DNA of 63,552 bases, filler included, from Octopus bimaculoides (GCF_001194135.2; 7 parts of 7 records of this genome joined end to end with filler, not necessarily neighbours in it); one strand, 5' to 3'; positions 49,471 to 62,780 are shown, numbered from the whole stretch's first letter. Notes: generated from the sequence alone by a model not told the origin. Numbers and translations: made by a program.

Positions 49471-50715
49471 TTGGGTTGGCAAGAAAACAATTTCGTTCTC
49501 TGCAAATAGATAGGGTTACAATTTTTTGAATGACTTTTGTTAGCCGTTATTTTTTAGCTTACTTTAGAAGCAAATTGCGCGTAATTTTGTTTACAGCTGT
49601 TACTTCAGTGTCAATTTTAACATAGACTGCAAAAACGAACGTTTTGTCATGTTTTTTTTTTTAATTTCCATAAAGTCGAGAAAGCTGCTGAGGCTCACAA
49701 AGAGATATGTGAAGTTTATGGTGTTGACTGCTTAACAGAATGCACATGACAGAAATGGTTTTAAAAATTCTGTTCTGGAGATATTTCACTCAAATATGAC
49801 CAACGTTCTGGTCTATCTACTGAAGATGATGATGATGGAATCAAGGCCATAATTTCTAATTGTCATATAAGTGTGCAAGAGATTGCAGAGAGGTTAAATG
49901 TATCACACACAACAATTGAAAATCACTTAGAATGCCTTTGTAAAGAAGCTTGATATTTGGATTCCACATAAATTGAAAGAGATTCACTTAACACAATGAA
50001 TCAATATTTGAGATATGTATCTCAAATGCAATGAAATCGGCTTTTTTAAAAACGAATCATCACTGGTGATGAAAAATGGATTGTCTACTATAACATCAAT
50101 CGAAAACAATCATGGTCCAAACGTAATGAACGAGCACAAACCACATCGAAAGCTGAATTGCATAAAAAAAGTAATGCTGTCAATTTGGTTGGATTACAAA
50201 GGTATTGTGTATTTTGAGCTGCTTTCCAATGAACCAAACAATCAATTCAGACATTTACTGTCAACGACTAATGAAACTAGAGGAAGCAATCAAAGAAAAA
50301 GGGCCCGAATTGACAAATCGTAAAGGCATCATGCTCTACCATGACAACGCTAGACCACTTGCGTCTTTGCTAACTCGTGAAAAATTATTGGAGCTTGGTT
50401 GGGAAGTGACATCACATCCACCATATAGTCTTGATCTTGCACCATCAGATTACGATTTATTTCAAAGTTTGCAAAATTCCTTGAATAGTAAAGCTTTCAA
50501 TAATGTTAATGACTTGAAATTGCACTTGCTTCAGTTTTTGGCTAAGGACCAGAAATTCTATAAGCGCGGAATCATGAAGTTGCTAGAAAGATGGCAAAAG
50601 GTCATCGAACAAAATGGAAAATATATAACTGATTAAAGTTCATTCTTTGTATGAAAAGAAAAAAATGAGTTTTATTTCACACTAATAAGACCGAAATTAC
50701 TTTCTTCCAACTAAA
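49471..50715 (+). mobile_element. Near full-length mariner (Hsmar1/cecropia-like TIR), dead DD34D transposase
   Basis: TA-flanked. TIR TTGGGTTGGCAAGAAAACAATTTCG versus reverse complement TTTAGTTGGAAGAAAGTAATTTCG. Motifs WIPHKL, RIITGDEKW, HDNARP, HPPYSLDLAPSDY and C-terminal ERWQKVIEQNGKY. Contains stops and frameshifts. Confidence 0.9.
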
Positions 50716-51160
50716 TACAATATATTGCTTGCAGTGGGGTGGGGGACCGCTACCACTCCCTAGCAGGTCACAGTATCGCGAGACAGACTCAGTTACGAGC
50801 TCTTCTATTCTTTTACTTGTTTCTGTCATTTGACTGTGGCCATGCCCAGAACTTATTTTGTTTTTAAAAGCCTAGTACTTATTATATCGGTATCTGTGGC
50901 CGAACCGCTAAGTTGTAGGGACATAAACAAACCAAAACCGATTGTCAAACGGTGATGAAGGACAAGCATAGACATAAACACATACATAAATACACACATA
51001 CGTACACACACACGCACACATACATACGACGGGTTTCTTTCAGTTTCCCTTTACCAAATCCACTCAGATGGCATTGGTCTACTCCTGCTGCTGCTGCTGC
51101 TACTACTACTACTACTACTACTACTACAACAGTAACAACAACACAACAACAACAACAACA

Positions 51161-51193
<33 letters not shown>

Positions 51194-51203
51194 GCTGCTG
51201 CTG

Positions 51204-51279
<76 letters not shown>

Positions 51280-51624
51280 GTTTTTTTCCTACATGGAGAG
51301 ATTTATTAACAAAAGTCAGATCGCTGTCGTTACATTATCAACGATTTTTATTACTTGATGACATAATTGTGAATATAATTTTTTAAAAGAAAAAAATGAG
51401 TAGTTTGAGATGTGTCAAATTCTGATTTTGACGAGACATATATAAGGTAACCACGTAGCCATTCCACGACCTACCATTCACCATACATTGGCAACAGGAT
51501 ATGGAATATGTCAAAGGAAAGAGTTACGAAGGTTATTTTTAATTCTTACTGACTAGTGAAAGTTGTGAATTGTAGTTGTCTTCTGTGATTGTGATGATAG
51601 AAACGACGGCGAATGACAGCCAAA

Positions 51625-51690
<66 letters not shown>

Positions 51691-51855
51691 GGAAGGATAT
51701 ATTAATAGACACAAAGCGAGAGGGGGAGGGATAGAGAGGAAGGGAAGGAGAGATGGAAGAGGATAAACAATTACTATTTGTAAATTTCTCAACGAGATAT
51801 TCAGCAACAGCGCTCTAGAGTAAAGATAATTGCCAACATAACGTGGCATGGCTTA

Positions 51856-52104
51856 GGACGAATGTTGCTGTAATTCAGCCCCAGGAGACATCGTCTCCAG
51901 CTGGCTATACGACACGATCTGTGTCCTTATATTTTCGAACAAGGGCATTTAGCACCCCCACTCAGCTCAAAACAATATCTGTGTATCACAATTTCTGAGT
52001 GGGTGTGCTAAATGTCCTTGTTCGAAAATATAAGGACACAGATCGTGTTGTATATCTAGCTGGAGACGATGTCGCCTGGGACTAAATTACAGTAACATTC
52101 ATCC
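51856..52104. mobile_element. Foldback/MITE with ~110-bp inverted arms, TA-flanked
   Basis: Arms 51853-51965 and 51995-52107 are highly similar reverse complements around a ~29-bp spacer. Confidence 0.8.
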
Positions 52105-52468
52105 TAAAGCAGGATTGCCATGTTATATTGGCAAATAATCTTTACTCTATGGAAGAGGATGTTTTGACAAGTGTTACTTGAGCTGGTAACAGTGAAAGAT
52201 AGGGGAAAATATTACAAAATACATCCAACGGACCGAAATGTATAATCCAATAGAGAAGTACGCACATGCTTTTAAATTCGCCCAAAATATATATGCACTC
52301 ATGCGCGCGTGTGCACACACACACACACATTTACCTATAAACATGCACCGAGAACTGTAATGCCACAACTGTTACTCAAACGTTACCATGGTTGCAAACA
52401 ACAAATAAACCTCATCGCCACTGCCACCACCAGTAACATTATTAGCTAATATTTTCTCTTCCTTCATA

Positions 52469-52689
52469 GGCGCAGGCGTGGCTGTGTGATAAGAAGCTTG
52501 CTTTCCAAGTACATGGTTCCGAGTTCAGTTCCACTGTGTGGCACCAAGAACAAGTGTCTTCTAATATAGCCTCGGGCCGACCAAAGCCTTGTGAGTCGAT
52601 TTACCAGGCGGAAACTGAANNNNNNNNNNCGGGCCGACCAAAGCCTTGTGAGTCGATTTACCAGGCGGAAACTGAAAGAAGCCTGTCGC

Positions 52690-52734
<45 letters not shown>

Positions 52735-52990
52735 CGTGCGTGTGTGTGTGTGTGTGTGTATGTACATATCTATGTGTGCGAGTCTTTGCGTCTATGTTTG
52801 TCCTCTACGACCGCTTGACAACCAGTGTTGGTATGTTTATGTTCTCGTAACATAGTGATTCGGCAAAAGAGCGATAGAATAAATACTAGGCTTAACAAGA
52901 TAAGTCCTGGGGTCGATTTGTTCCACTAAAACGCTTCAAGGCAATGCCCCATCATGGCCGCAGTCGAATGACCAAAGCAAATAAAAGAAA
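52469..52990 (+). mobile_element. SINE family A, full length, with (TA)n(TG)n core
   Basis: GGCGCAGGCGTGGCTGTGTG head; GAGTTCAGTTCC B-box-like motif; central microsatellite at about 52690-52760; conserved 3' half. Partial copies at about 15890-16120, 30335-30437, 36480-36680, 39300-39548, 41900-42115, 50805-51075, 61575-61710, 5160-5265, 28905-29040, 42290-42420 and 43090-43260. Confidence 0.8.
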
Positions 52991-54090
52991 AGCTAAAATA
53001 ATTCCTTTCTCTAGTTTTCTCTGTCTTTACTCTCATATTTTCTCGCGCTGTCCTTCTTATGTGAATGATAATCTCTTCTCTCTCTACCCCTCTCTCTCTC
53101 TCTTTCTGTATCTTTGTCATACTCTCTGTCTGTATGTCTGTTTCTCCCTGTCTCTCTCTTGATTTCTCAACCTCTCTCATTCTCTGTCTGTATGTCTGCC
53201 TTTCTCTACCATTATCAGCAGCAGTACCATCTCTGCAACTGATACCTCTAGCAACACCACTAATATAACTACCAACAGTTTCTTTCTTACACAATTCCAG
53301 TCACTTCTCTTAACGCGAGACAAAAGTAAAAGCTGGTAAGAATGTACTCTTTCTATTAATTATATAGATAAGTGATTCTCTGACTCCAATACACTTTAAG
53401 CTAAACTGAAAGTAAAGAACATTGCTGTCTCTGTTCTAATCACAACGTTGATATAAATGTTCTCATTTACTAACCAAATTCTTAGTTGCCGTCCATTGAA
53501 TAATAAACATGAAATCACGTTTGACAACAACAGAAATAACAATAATGATAGAGAAAGCAATAACAGATACAAGACCGACGAAAATGGCGATGCTGACAAC
53601 AACTATTACGACGATGACGACAACAACAAAAACAACAGAAAGAAATTACGAGATTCCTAGGCTAAGATAACTTGCAGAAATTGAAGTTTCAACGCAATTG
53701 ACTGTTCATGTCAAAGACGTTGAAGACGGGTGAATTAAAGCCATTATTAAAGAGGAAAGAAGATTGGTTTCAAATGAATATATGCTTCAGTTTGGCTCTG
53801 CTGTTATAATTAATAGTATTAATCAACAAGTATCGAATGCAAGCATAATGGATCTGTCAAGATATATACTCAGCAAAGTCTTTGAGTGGTTTCGTATTTC
53901 TCACATATTATAAATTCTGCTTGCTAAAAGGAGAGAAACTAATGATCGTAAGAGTGACGTATAGTTCGTGGGTCTACTCTTAATCACTACTTGAGTTCGT
54001 TACATGTGAGAGAGCAAATCACTCCATACTGACATCAGTACAACCAGGCATCTTAAACAAAGGCTGCATCGAGAATCGAAAGTCCCTGAA

Positions 54091-54158
<68 letters not shown>

Positions 54159-54315
54159 GTCTGTCTGTCTATACTTTTAGGTTCAGACTCTTCCGAAAAA
54201 GCACCGCGGTACCACNNNNNNNNNNNNNNNNNNNNNNNNNNNNNNNNNNNNNNNNNNNNTTAATTAATTAANNNNNNNNNNNNNNNNNNNNNNNNNNNNN
54301 NNNNNNNNNNNNNNN

Positions 54316-54375
<60 letters not shown>

Positions 54376-54872
54376 CTTACATGGAAAAGGATGCGTGGCG
54401 TTCGATCATATAATAATATAAATAATATATAAATAGATGCATATATCCATACATATATGTACATACCTACATATATATGTATATATACATGCATATATGG
54501 GTACAGGACATAAAAAAAAAACGTTGCATACAATGAGAAACGAAAACATAGAAAACGAACATTTTTCGAACAACGAAAAACAACAAACAGAGGGAGACAT
54601 GCAACATATAGTTTTTCTACAGTATGTGCGAGTGTGTGCCTTTTTCGTTGTTCGATAGAAAGTTCGTTTTCTATGTTTTTGTTTTTACGTTTTTGTTTCT
54701 CGTTGTGTTCAACGTTTTTTTTTAATGTCCTGTACCCATATATGCATGTATATATACATATATATATACATATATATGTAAGTATGTGCATATATGTATG
54801 GATACATGCATATATTTATATATTATTTATATTATTATATGATCGAACACCACGCATCCTTTTTCAAGTAAG
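54376..54872. repeat. Long inverted repeat (~230-bp arms)
   Basis: 54376-54610 is the reverse complement of about 54641-54872 (GGATGCGTGGCGTTCGATCATAT / ATATGATCGAACACCACGCATCC). A third copy lies at about 56520-56740. Confidence 0.8.
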
Positions 54873-55039
54873 TTTTATCTTAATAATTACGATGCACACT
54901 CTTCTACTATCTCTTCTCTGTCTATCTCTCTCCCTCTCTTGTTCTTCATCCTTTCTCTTTTTCTCTCGCACCCTTTCCCTATTCTTCTATCCCTTTCACC
55001 GTTCCCTCTCTCTCTCTCTCTCACTCCTCCTCCTTGAAT

Positions 55040-56540
55040 CTTTCGTCGCTGACACGTGACGAAAGGGAATCTTTCTTTCTGTCCACTGCCTTCCTAAAGG
55101 AAAGACGTCCTTTTTTCTGTCTCTTCTCTCATGGCTTGTCTACCTAGGGTTCATAATAATTTTTCGATCGTCTTAGCTCAACAGCCCTCACCGTTTGTTT
55201 TTACTGTCTTGTTCTAACTGTCTTGTTCTTGTTAACACTTTCACCCTCCGCAAAAAATCCCAAATTTGATTTAATTTCCTTTGTGGGAAGGACTGTTTCA
55301 ACAAAGTCGCGTATTGTCCTTGCCTTCGAAACGTGGAATAGATGAAACTAGGACAAATGCCGAAGGGGTATACTCTTTATGTTGCATATCTCGTTTCTCT
55401 TTGTACCGATGCAAATATAAATATATATACACACANNNNNNNNNNNNNNNNNNNNNNNNNNNNNNNNNNNNNNNNNNNNNNNNNNNNNNNNNNNNNNNNN
55501 NNNNNNNNNNNNNNNNNNNNNNNNNNNNNNNNNNNNNNNNNNNNNNNNNNNNNNNNNNNNNNNNNNNNNNNNNNNNNNNNNNNNNNNNNNNNNNNNNNNN
55601 NNNNNNNNNNNNNNNNNNNNNNNNNNNNNNNNNNNNNNNNNNNNNNNNNNNNNNNNNNNNNNNNNNNNNNNNNNNNNNNNNNNNNNNNNNNNNNNNNNNN
55701 NNNNNNNNNNNNNNNNNNNNNNNNNNNNNNNNNNNNNNNNNNNNNNNNNNNNNNNNNNNNNNNNNNNNNNNNNNNNNNNNNNNNNNNNNNNNNNNNNNNN
55801 NNNNNNNNNNNNNNNNNNNNNNNNNNNNNNNNNNNNNNNNNNNNNNNNNNNNNNNNNNNNNNNNNNNNNNNNNNNNNNNNNNNNNNNNNNNNNNNNNNNN
55901 NNNNNNNNNNNNNNNNNNNNNNNNNNNNNNNNNNNNNNNNNNNNNNNNNNNNNNNNNNNNNNNNNNNNNNNNNNNNNNNNNNNNNNNNNNNNNNNNNNNN
56001 NNNNNNNNNNNNNNNNNNNNNNNNNNNNNNNNNNNNNNNNNNNNNNNNNNNNNNNNNNNNNNNNNNNNNNNNNNNNNNNNNNNNNNNNNNNNNNNNNNNN
56101 NNNNNNNNNNNNNNNNNNNNNNNNNNNNNNNNNNNNNNNNNNCTTGACCCGCTCGTCGCTGACATGTGACAAAAGGAATTCTTTCTTTCTATTTCCTGTC
56201 TTCCCATAGGGAAGACGTGATTTTTTTTGTCTCTCAATCACATCTAACTAGCGTTTAAAATAATAATTTTTCTATCGTCTTGGCGTAACAGCCCTTACCG
56301 TTTGTTTCCACTGTCTTGTTTTTACTGCCTTGTCCTGTTTTTACTGTCTTTTATTGTCTTGTTCTCACTGTCCAGTTCTTGTTAACACTTTCACCTTCCG
56401 CAAAAAATTCCAAATTTTATTTAATTTGCTTTGCGGGAAGGACTGTTCCAACGAAGTCACGTATTGTCCTTGCCTTCGTAAAGGCGGAGTAGATGGACAG
56501 GCGCAGCTGATGAAGGGAAATATTCTTTATGTTGCATGTC
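55040..56540 (+). repeat. Diverged direct repeat units at ~55040-55410 and ~56145-56540 flanking a gap
   Basis: Both start TCGTCGCTGACA(C/T)GTGAC and share TTAACACTTTCACC.TCCGCAAAAAAT, GGGAAGGACTGTT, GTATTGTCCTTGCCTTCG and CTTTATGTTGCAT.TCTCGTTTC. Confidence 0.75.
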
Positions 56541-57002
56541 TCGTTTCGCTCTTTGCTTTTTTCGCTGTTCAAAAAAAATTCGTTTTCTGTCTTCGTCTTA
56601 ATATTTTCGTTTCTCATAGTGTTTAACATTTTTTTGTGATGTCCTGTACTCATATATTCATGTATATATACATATAGATGTAGGTATGTACATATATGTA
56701 TGGATATATGCATATGTTTATTTATTATTTATATATATTTCATTTTGTTTTGTTTAGGGATTATGGTGCGTGGTAGCGGCGATGTGGCGGTGATGGTGGA
56801 GCGAGGCGAGGGCCTAAAAGTGCAGTTGAGGTGTAGTGAATATGAAATATGACTGTGGTAACTGGTGAGGGGGAATGGTTAGGGTGTGGTCATACTGGTT
56901 GTGATTTTGCTCTTACCAGTGTTCGTGTTTAATGATGAGCGAATGACAACGACTGTAATAATTATGATGATGATGGTGATGGTGATGATGATGTTGTAGA
57001 GG

Positions 57003-57034
<32 letters not shown>

Positions 57035-57505
57035 GGTGGTTGTGAATGTTGTTCGCTTGTCGGGATGGGTGAGGTGGTGGTGGCGTTTAGGTTGTTGTTT
57101 TCAACGCTGTCTTTAGATAGTGTTCCCTTAATTAGATCAAATTCATTAATTTACATTCCATTCATAGCTGTGGTGGTGGTGGNNNNNNNNNNNNNNNNNN
57201 NNNNNNNNNNNNNNNNNNNNNNNNNNNNNNNNNNNNNNNNNNNNNNNNNNNNNNNNNNNNNNNNNNNNNNNNNNNNNNNNNNNNNNNNNNNNNNNNNNNN
57301 NNNNNNNNNNNNNNNNNNNNNNNNNNNNNNNNNNNNNNNNNNNNNNNNNNNNNNNNNNNNNNNNNNNNNNNNNNNNNNNNNNNNNNNNNNNNNNNNNNNN
57401 NNNNNNNNNNNNNNNNNNNNNNNNNNNNNNNNNNNNNNNNNNNNNNNNNNNNNNNNNNNNNNNNNNNNNNNNNTGATGGTGATGGTGATGATGATGTTGT
57501 AGAGG

Positions 57506-57537
<32 letters not shown>

Positions 57538-58215
57538 GGTGGTTGGTTACTGTTTATTTTCTGTAAATAATTACGTGACTGTAACAATGTGACGTTAGTG
57601 CCATTAACTGTTGTTGTCGTGTTACTGTCATCGCTATATGATGACAGTGACGCATGTTCTGCTTCTGTAGAGATGTGATCCTATCACTGGAATTCAGCGA
57701 TGTTACTAGAAGTCTGACTGTATTTCTGTCACCGGATTTGATGTTATTAGCTGTGTTACACCAGCATTAAGTTGCTGTTAATGCTGTTGTTTGACCCAGA
57801 TCGGCTTCTGATCGATGACCTTCCAGCCACAACTGTCCCTTGTACACTGTCCATACATAGCGGAGTTTGGCTGCTAGTTTTGAAATTAGAAGCCACCGCA
57901 TTATGACTATTGCTGGCTCATTGTGTTACATTAGCTGTGACATAATTGTGTTGCTATAACTATGTCACATGTACTAATGCAACAATTTTGCTTTAGTTGT
58001 ATTAATATAACTGTGTCACAATGGCTTTGTTACTGAAGCTCTATTACATTAGCTGTGTTACTCTCTTAGAGTGTTATAATAACTTACAATAATTCGTTAT
58101 TGCAACAATGTGATATCTATTAATATAATCGGTGTGTGACAATAACAGCTGTGGCACAATATCGCTATTATGGTTCCTGTGTATCACAATTTTAACTGGT
58201 TCTAATCAGCTTGGG

Positions 58216-59343
58216 AGAGGGGAGGGCTGAAAATTCATACGCTGACTGTGAAGGAGTAATGCTAGAGTTGTGAAATTTTGCAAGCATTAATTTCAACACA
58301 TTTTATTAATAATTGCATTGTTTTTATTTCCTGGACAAAATCTGGCAAGGTGGTGTTATCAAGTACCTGCTGAAAAAGGATTTAGCCCCCACGGACATTT
58401 ATGCTGACAGGGTTGCTACATTAGGGTATGACACTCCATCTTTATCAACAGTGTAAAAGTGGGCATGTGAATTTAGGAGGAGAGGGAGTCTTAAGGATGA
58501 CCTGAGGTCTGGATGTCCTACAACTGCCACCACTGAGGAAAATAGTGATTGTGTTCACCACATGCTGATGGATGACAGGCGACCGACCATAAATCAAATT
58601 GCCGATGCTATTAGCATATCCCACGAAGAGGTTGAGAATATTCTGCATAACGGACTTGGGATGACGAATATTTCTGTTCGGTGGGTGCCACATCTGACAC
58701 CTAATCAAAAGCGCACCAAACTGATCACGGGAAAATCTGACAATGTTTGTGGCAGATCCAGCTGGTTTCCTTGAACGTCTCCTAACCCAGGAAGGACATT
58801 AGCGTTTCATCTGCAGAGAAGTTGATGGTTTCCGGTTTTCACAAAAGGCATGGTATTCATTGATTGTTTTCAAAAGGGCCACACCGTCAATGGAAAGTAC
58901 TATGTCAACTTGCTGAAACAGTTACGAAAGACTATGAAGAGTAAACGCCCAGGAAAACTAATTAGAGGTCTTGTTTCATCAGGACAACGTTCCAGCACAC
59001 AAGTCCTTAGTTTCAATGGCTGTTGTGCGTGACTGTGACTTTGAACTTGTTCATCGCCCTTCTCATTCTACTGATTTGGTCCCATCTGACTAACATCTGT
59101 TCCCTAACAAGAAAAGACCATTGACTGGGAACCAGTATCCCATGATGATGATGTCATATCAACTATTGATGACTCTTTTGAGCAACAGGATGAAAGCTTC
59201 TTCACCAATGAGATCCAAGCACTGCAATACCGATGGAAGAAGCGTGTGGGCCGCAAAGGGGACTACGTTGAAAAATAAACCTCATTTAGTCACATTGCAT
59301 GAGAGTATCTTGGTCATCCTATGAACTTTTGAGCCAACCCCCG
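58216..59343 (+). mobile_element. Mariner (irritans/Himar-like), internally deleted
   Basis: VIKYL.KK..PTDIYAD...DDLRSGCPTTATTEEN...DRRPTINQIADAISIS...RWVPHL...TVNGKYYVNLLKQLRK...STDLVPSD. Imperfect TIRs GGCT(G/C)AAAA(G)TTCATA(C/G)G(C/A)TGAC; right end TA at 59344. Confidence 0.8.
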
Positions 59344-60361
59344 TACAGTTTTGGTTACGACATCAGCAGTGGGTGGGTTGCTACGACTGTTATATTGCAT
59401 TTGTGTTGCAGTAGCGAAGTTACAGCAGCTGTATCACAACTTTTGTGTTACAATGAATGTGCTATTCTAGTCCACCAGCACACTCTACCCTCTCACTACA
59501 TTACACCACAATACTAACCTCTACCTGTAATGCTTGATGATCTCGTCCCACCGCCGCTCAGCGCCCCGACCAACTCCCCCTTTCTTCTCCTCCCCTTCTT
59601 CATTCAACCCTCACATCAAACACTTCACCCACTCATTCCCACCTCTCTCACCGCACCGTAATCTTCTGAATTTTGTTTCTTGCCATATTTTTTTTATTGT
59701 AGATTTTAACTAATGGATAGTCAAGTGAAACACATTCATTGTAAATCTGCCAAGCCCCCGCGGCGCAGTCGAAGTGGATGTAGAGATGTTCCAACAGCAT
59801 TATTTCTAAGGATATATGACTGTAGCTATGTTGTTGAAGTTATATGGCATTGTATTACTGTAGCTGTGTAATTGACACTATGTGTATGACTATAGCTGCG
59901 TAACTTTAGGTGGGTAACAGGCTTTGTATTCACATTACGGGTAGTAAGTAATGTAGTAATATTACATGTTGTATTGTATTCACATTACTGATGGTAAAGT
60001 ATTCATATTACGTGTAATATAATGTGGATACAACAGAAAACACAAAGCACCAAAACAAAACAAACCCACTGCACGTAAAGCTGTTATTATTGTACTGAAC
60101 GACTGTACGGGTTTTATGTGCTGATGTAATAATTATTTGGGCTGAGGTAACCGTTAGTAGTGGTGGTGTGGAAGTTTCTCCCGTAAGGATGAACATAGGC
60201 ACATTCCAAATAATTTCGGTATTAGGGGTTGTGAAGATTCCGAGGATATTTTCATAATGAGATTGTGTGTAAAAAATGAAAATCTTTATGTTACAACAAC
60301 AACAACAAAACAGCAACAGTAAATAATAACAACAGCAACAACAACAGCAATAATAATAATA

Positions 60362-60440
<79 letters not shown>

Positions 60441-60442
<2 letters not shown>

Positions 60443-61021
60443 TTCAGTCTTCTTGCGCCTACAGAATATCTCAACAGGCATGATAGAGCAGCACAATATA
60501 TTCACTGAGTAATTTTCAAAAACCTGGACCTGCCCCATGAAAAAAAAACTGATGGGAACACAAACCACCACCAGTACTTGAAAATGATCACATCTCACTC
60601 CTCTAGAACTTCACCAGTCAAACTGACAGAAAGATAGATGCGAATAGGCCAGGCATTATATTGAAAGACTTCAGACAAAAATCATACCTCCTCATTGTTA
60701 TGACTGTCCCAATCGACATAAACGTATCTGTCAAAATCTACCAAAAACTGAGCAAGTATAAAGATCTTGAAATAGAAACTGACAAACTGTGGAACCTCAA
60801 GACTAAAACATTGTCATAGGTGCCCTAGGAATGATGGCAAAAGGGGCCGAGTCCTAGTTAGCTCAGATACCAGGAAGCCCCAAATGGCAGAAATTCAAAA
60901 GATGCTCATGGGAACTGCCCATGTCCTATGTAAAATACTGTTTATGTAATCTCAAATATCAAAACAAGCTCATAATTTTCTTATGGAGTCAACTTCTACA
61001 AATACAAAGCAAAAGTCAAAC
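60441..61021 (+). mobile_element. R4/Dong-like 3' fragment between (TAA)n tracts
   Basis: CSLLAPTEYLNRHDRAAQYIH...WEHKPPPVLEND...DRKIDANRPGIILKD...VPIDINVS...KLSKYKDLEIE..KLWNLK...VIGALG...MGTAHVL. (TAA)n lies on both sides. Confidence 0.8.
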
Positions 61022-61086
61022 AAATAATAATAATGATGATTATGATGATGATGATGATAATGATGATGATGATGATGATGATGATG

Positions 61087-61187
<101 letters not shown>

Positions 61188-61741
61188 TCGATGAAAGAAT
61201 AACTTCGGTGCGATAGAAGGAAAACTTCGCAATACAACTATGGGAAAAGTTTTGTTAAAGCAGAGGAACTAAAAGACTGGAAAGATTTTTGTCATATAAA
61301 GGGTATTTTCTTTCTTAAATGTACGATATCTCAATGCAACAAACGCGAGAAGCCGAATCAAGTATCATGAAACCTGAAAAAACACCACTTATACAGTAAG
61401 TATGTAATTTGAATAGTTACCTATACATGCAACTGCCCCCGCATCCATGTACACATGTTAATATTTATAAACAACAGAAACAATGCCTACACGGCACACA
61501 TGTACACATACGGAAAATAAAGGAAAAACACTTGTCACGAGCGACGCCGTACCGAACACAAGCAAAAACTTTATACATAGCGGTTCGGCAAAAGAATCGA
61601 TAGAATAAATACTAGGCTATCAAAGAATAAACCCTGGAGTCGATTTGTTCGACTAAAGGCAGTGCTCCAGCATGGTCGCAGTGAAATTCCTGAAACATGT
61701 AAAAGAGTAAGCATTTTGCCCGACGTGCTAAACGATTTTGC

Positions 61742-61985
61742 CAAGTGAAAATAATGCCAATTATTGTTGGGTCCTTAGGAACAATATCAGAAGGCATCGA
61801 GAGGAATATAAAGGAAATTGGCTCCTTGGCACGACCAGAATAATCAGCAAAGTATTAGATAGCTGAAAAGAACGAATAGCATGGTACCATAGGCTGCAGG
61901 CAGTAAGCCCACCTCTCACGCAAGACTCGAGAAGCTCCAACAAAACTTGTGATAATGATAAAATAATAATAATAATAATAATAAT
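61742..61985 (+). mobile_element. Short R4/Dong-like 3' end with (TAA)n tail
   Basis: KIMPIIVGSLGTISEGIERNIKEIG..LLGTTRIISKVLDS*, then a UTR and (TAA)n. Confidence 0.6.
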
Positions 61986-62540
61986 ATGAAACCTATTTGA
62001 AAATGACACCAGGCTTACCATCCCGACAGGAAGGGGAAAAAATCGTGTTAACTGGAACGACTCATGTACTGAGAAGAGAATTATCGCTTTGAAAACAACA
62101 TCCATTCATGAATTTATTTATTTATTTATTTATTTTAATACATATTTTATCTGTGAATTTGCGTGTGTAAACTGGGAATGCATACNNNNNNNNNNNNNNN
62201 NNNNNNNNNNNNNNNNNNNNNNNNNNNNNTTAATTAATTAANNNNNNNNNNNNNNNNNNNNNNNNNNNNNNNNNNNNNNNNNNNNCTCGAAACGTCAAAT
62301 TATCTCTTTCTTTCCTTTCCCGAGCATCCAGTAACACAATCTGTATCACGTCATCGCGTTGTTGTTTTTTTTTGTTGTTTTTTTTGTCATTTTTCTTTTT
62401 TGAACTTATATATATGTATGTATATGTATATGTTTGTTTGTATGTATGCATGTATGTATGTATATATATGTAGCTATATTATAATTTCCACACTACTATT
62501 TTACTGAATCAGCCACTGGTTCATTTGGTAAACACTATAG

Positions 62541-62780
62541 AGTCACAGTCAGGATTCTACTAAACCACTGCGCGATGGAGTAGTCATCCCTGAACACCAG
62601 CGGAACCAAAGACTTCGAAGCCATCAGAAGAGAAAAGGAAGAAATCAAGCGACAGGAGAGAAAGGCTCATCAAAATCAACCAATGCCGTCTTCTATGCGA
62701 GAGTTGGTCTACAAAATCATGAAATACGATCACCACACAAGAAGCGTTCTACGAAGAAGATATTGAATACTTGGATATGA
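62541..62780 (+). CDS. Coding-like segment, possible terminal exon
   Basis: Two overlapping open frames: 62541-62780 after ctatag|, and 62584-62766 reading SSLNTSGTKDFEAIRREKEEIKRQERKAHQNQPMPSSMRELVYKIMKYDHHTRSVLRRRY*. AATAAA follows near 62842. Identity unknown. Confidence 0.3.
   Translation, partial: SHSQDSTKPLRDGVVIPEHQRNQRLRSHQKRKGRNQATGEKGSSKSTNAVFYARVGLQNHEIRSPHKKRSTKKILNTWI

Noticed and set aside
53486-53660. Possible exon after a TACTAAC branch-like motif (N/D-rich peptide)
   Set aside because: Low-complexity (AAC/GAC) sequence; the phase does not match the known exons and there is no homology. Not excluded, but unsupported.
56500-56535. Perfect CTGATGA hammerhead core
   Set aside because: Not followed by stem II plus GAAA in this copy, so it is not called a ribozyme.
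56970-57545. Duplicated (GAT)/(GTT)/(GGT) block
   Set aside because: Near-identical low-complexity text on both sides of gap 57183-57474; probably an overlap artefact.
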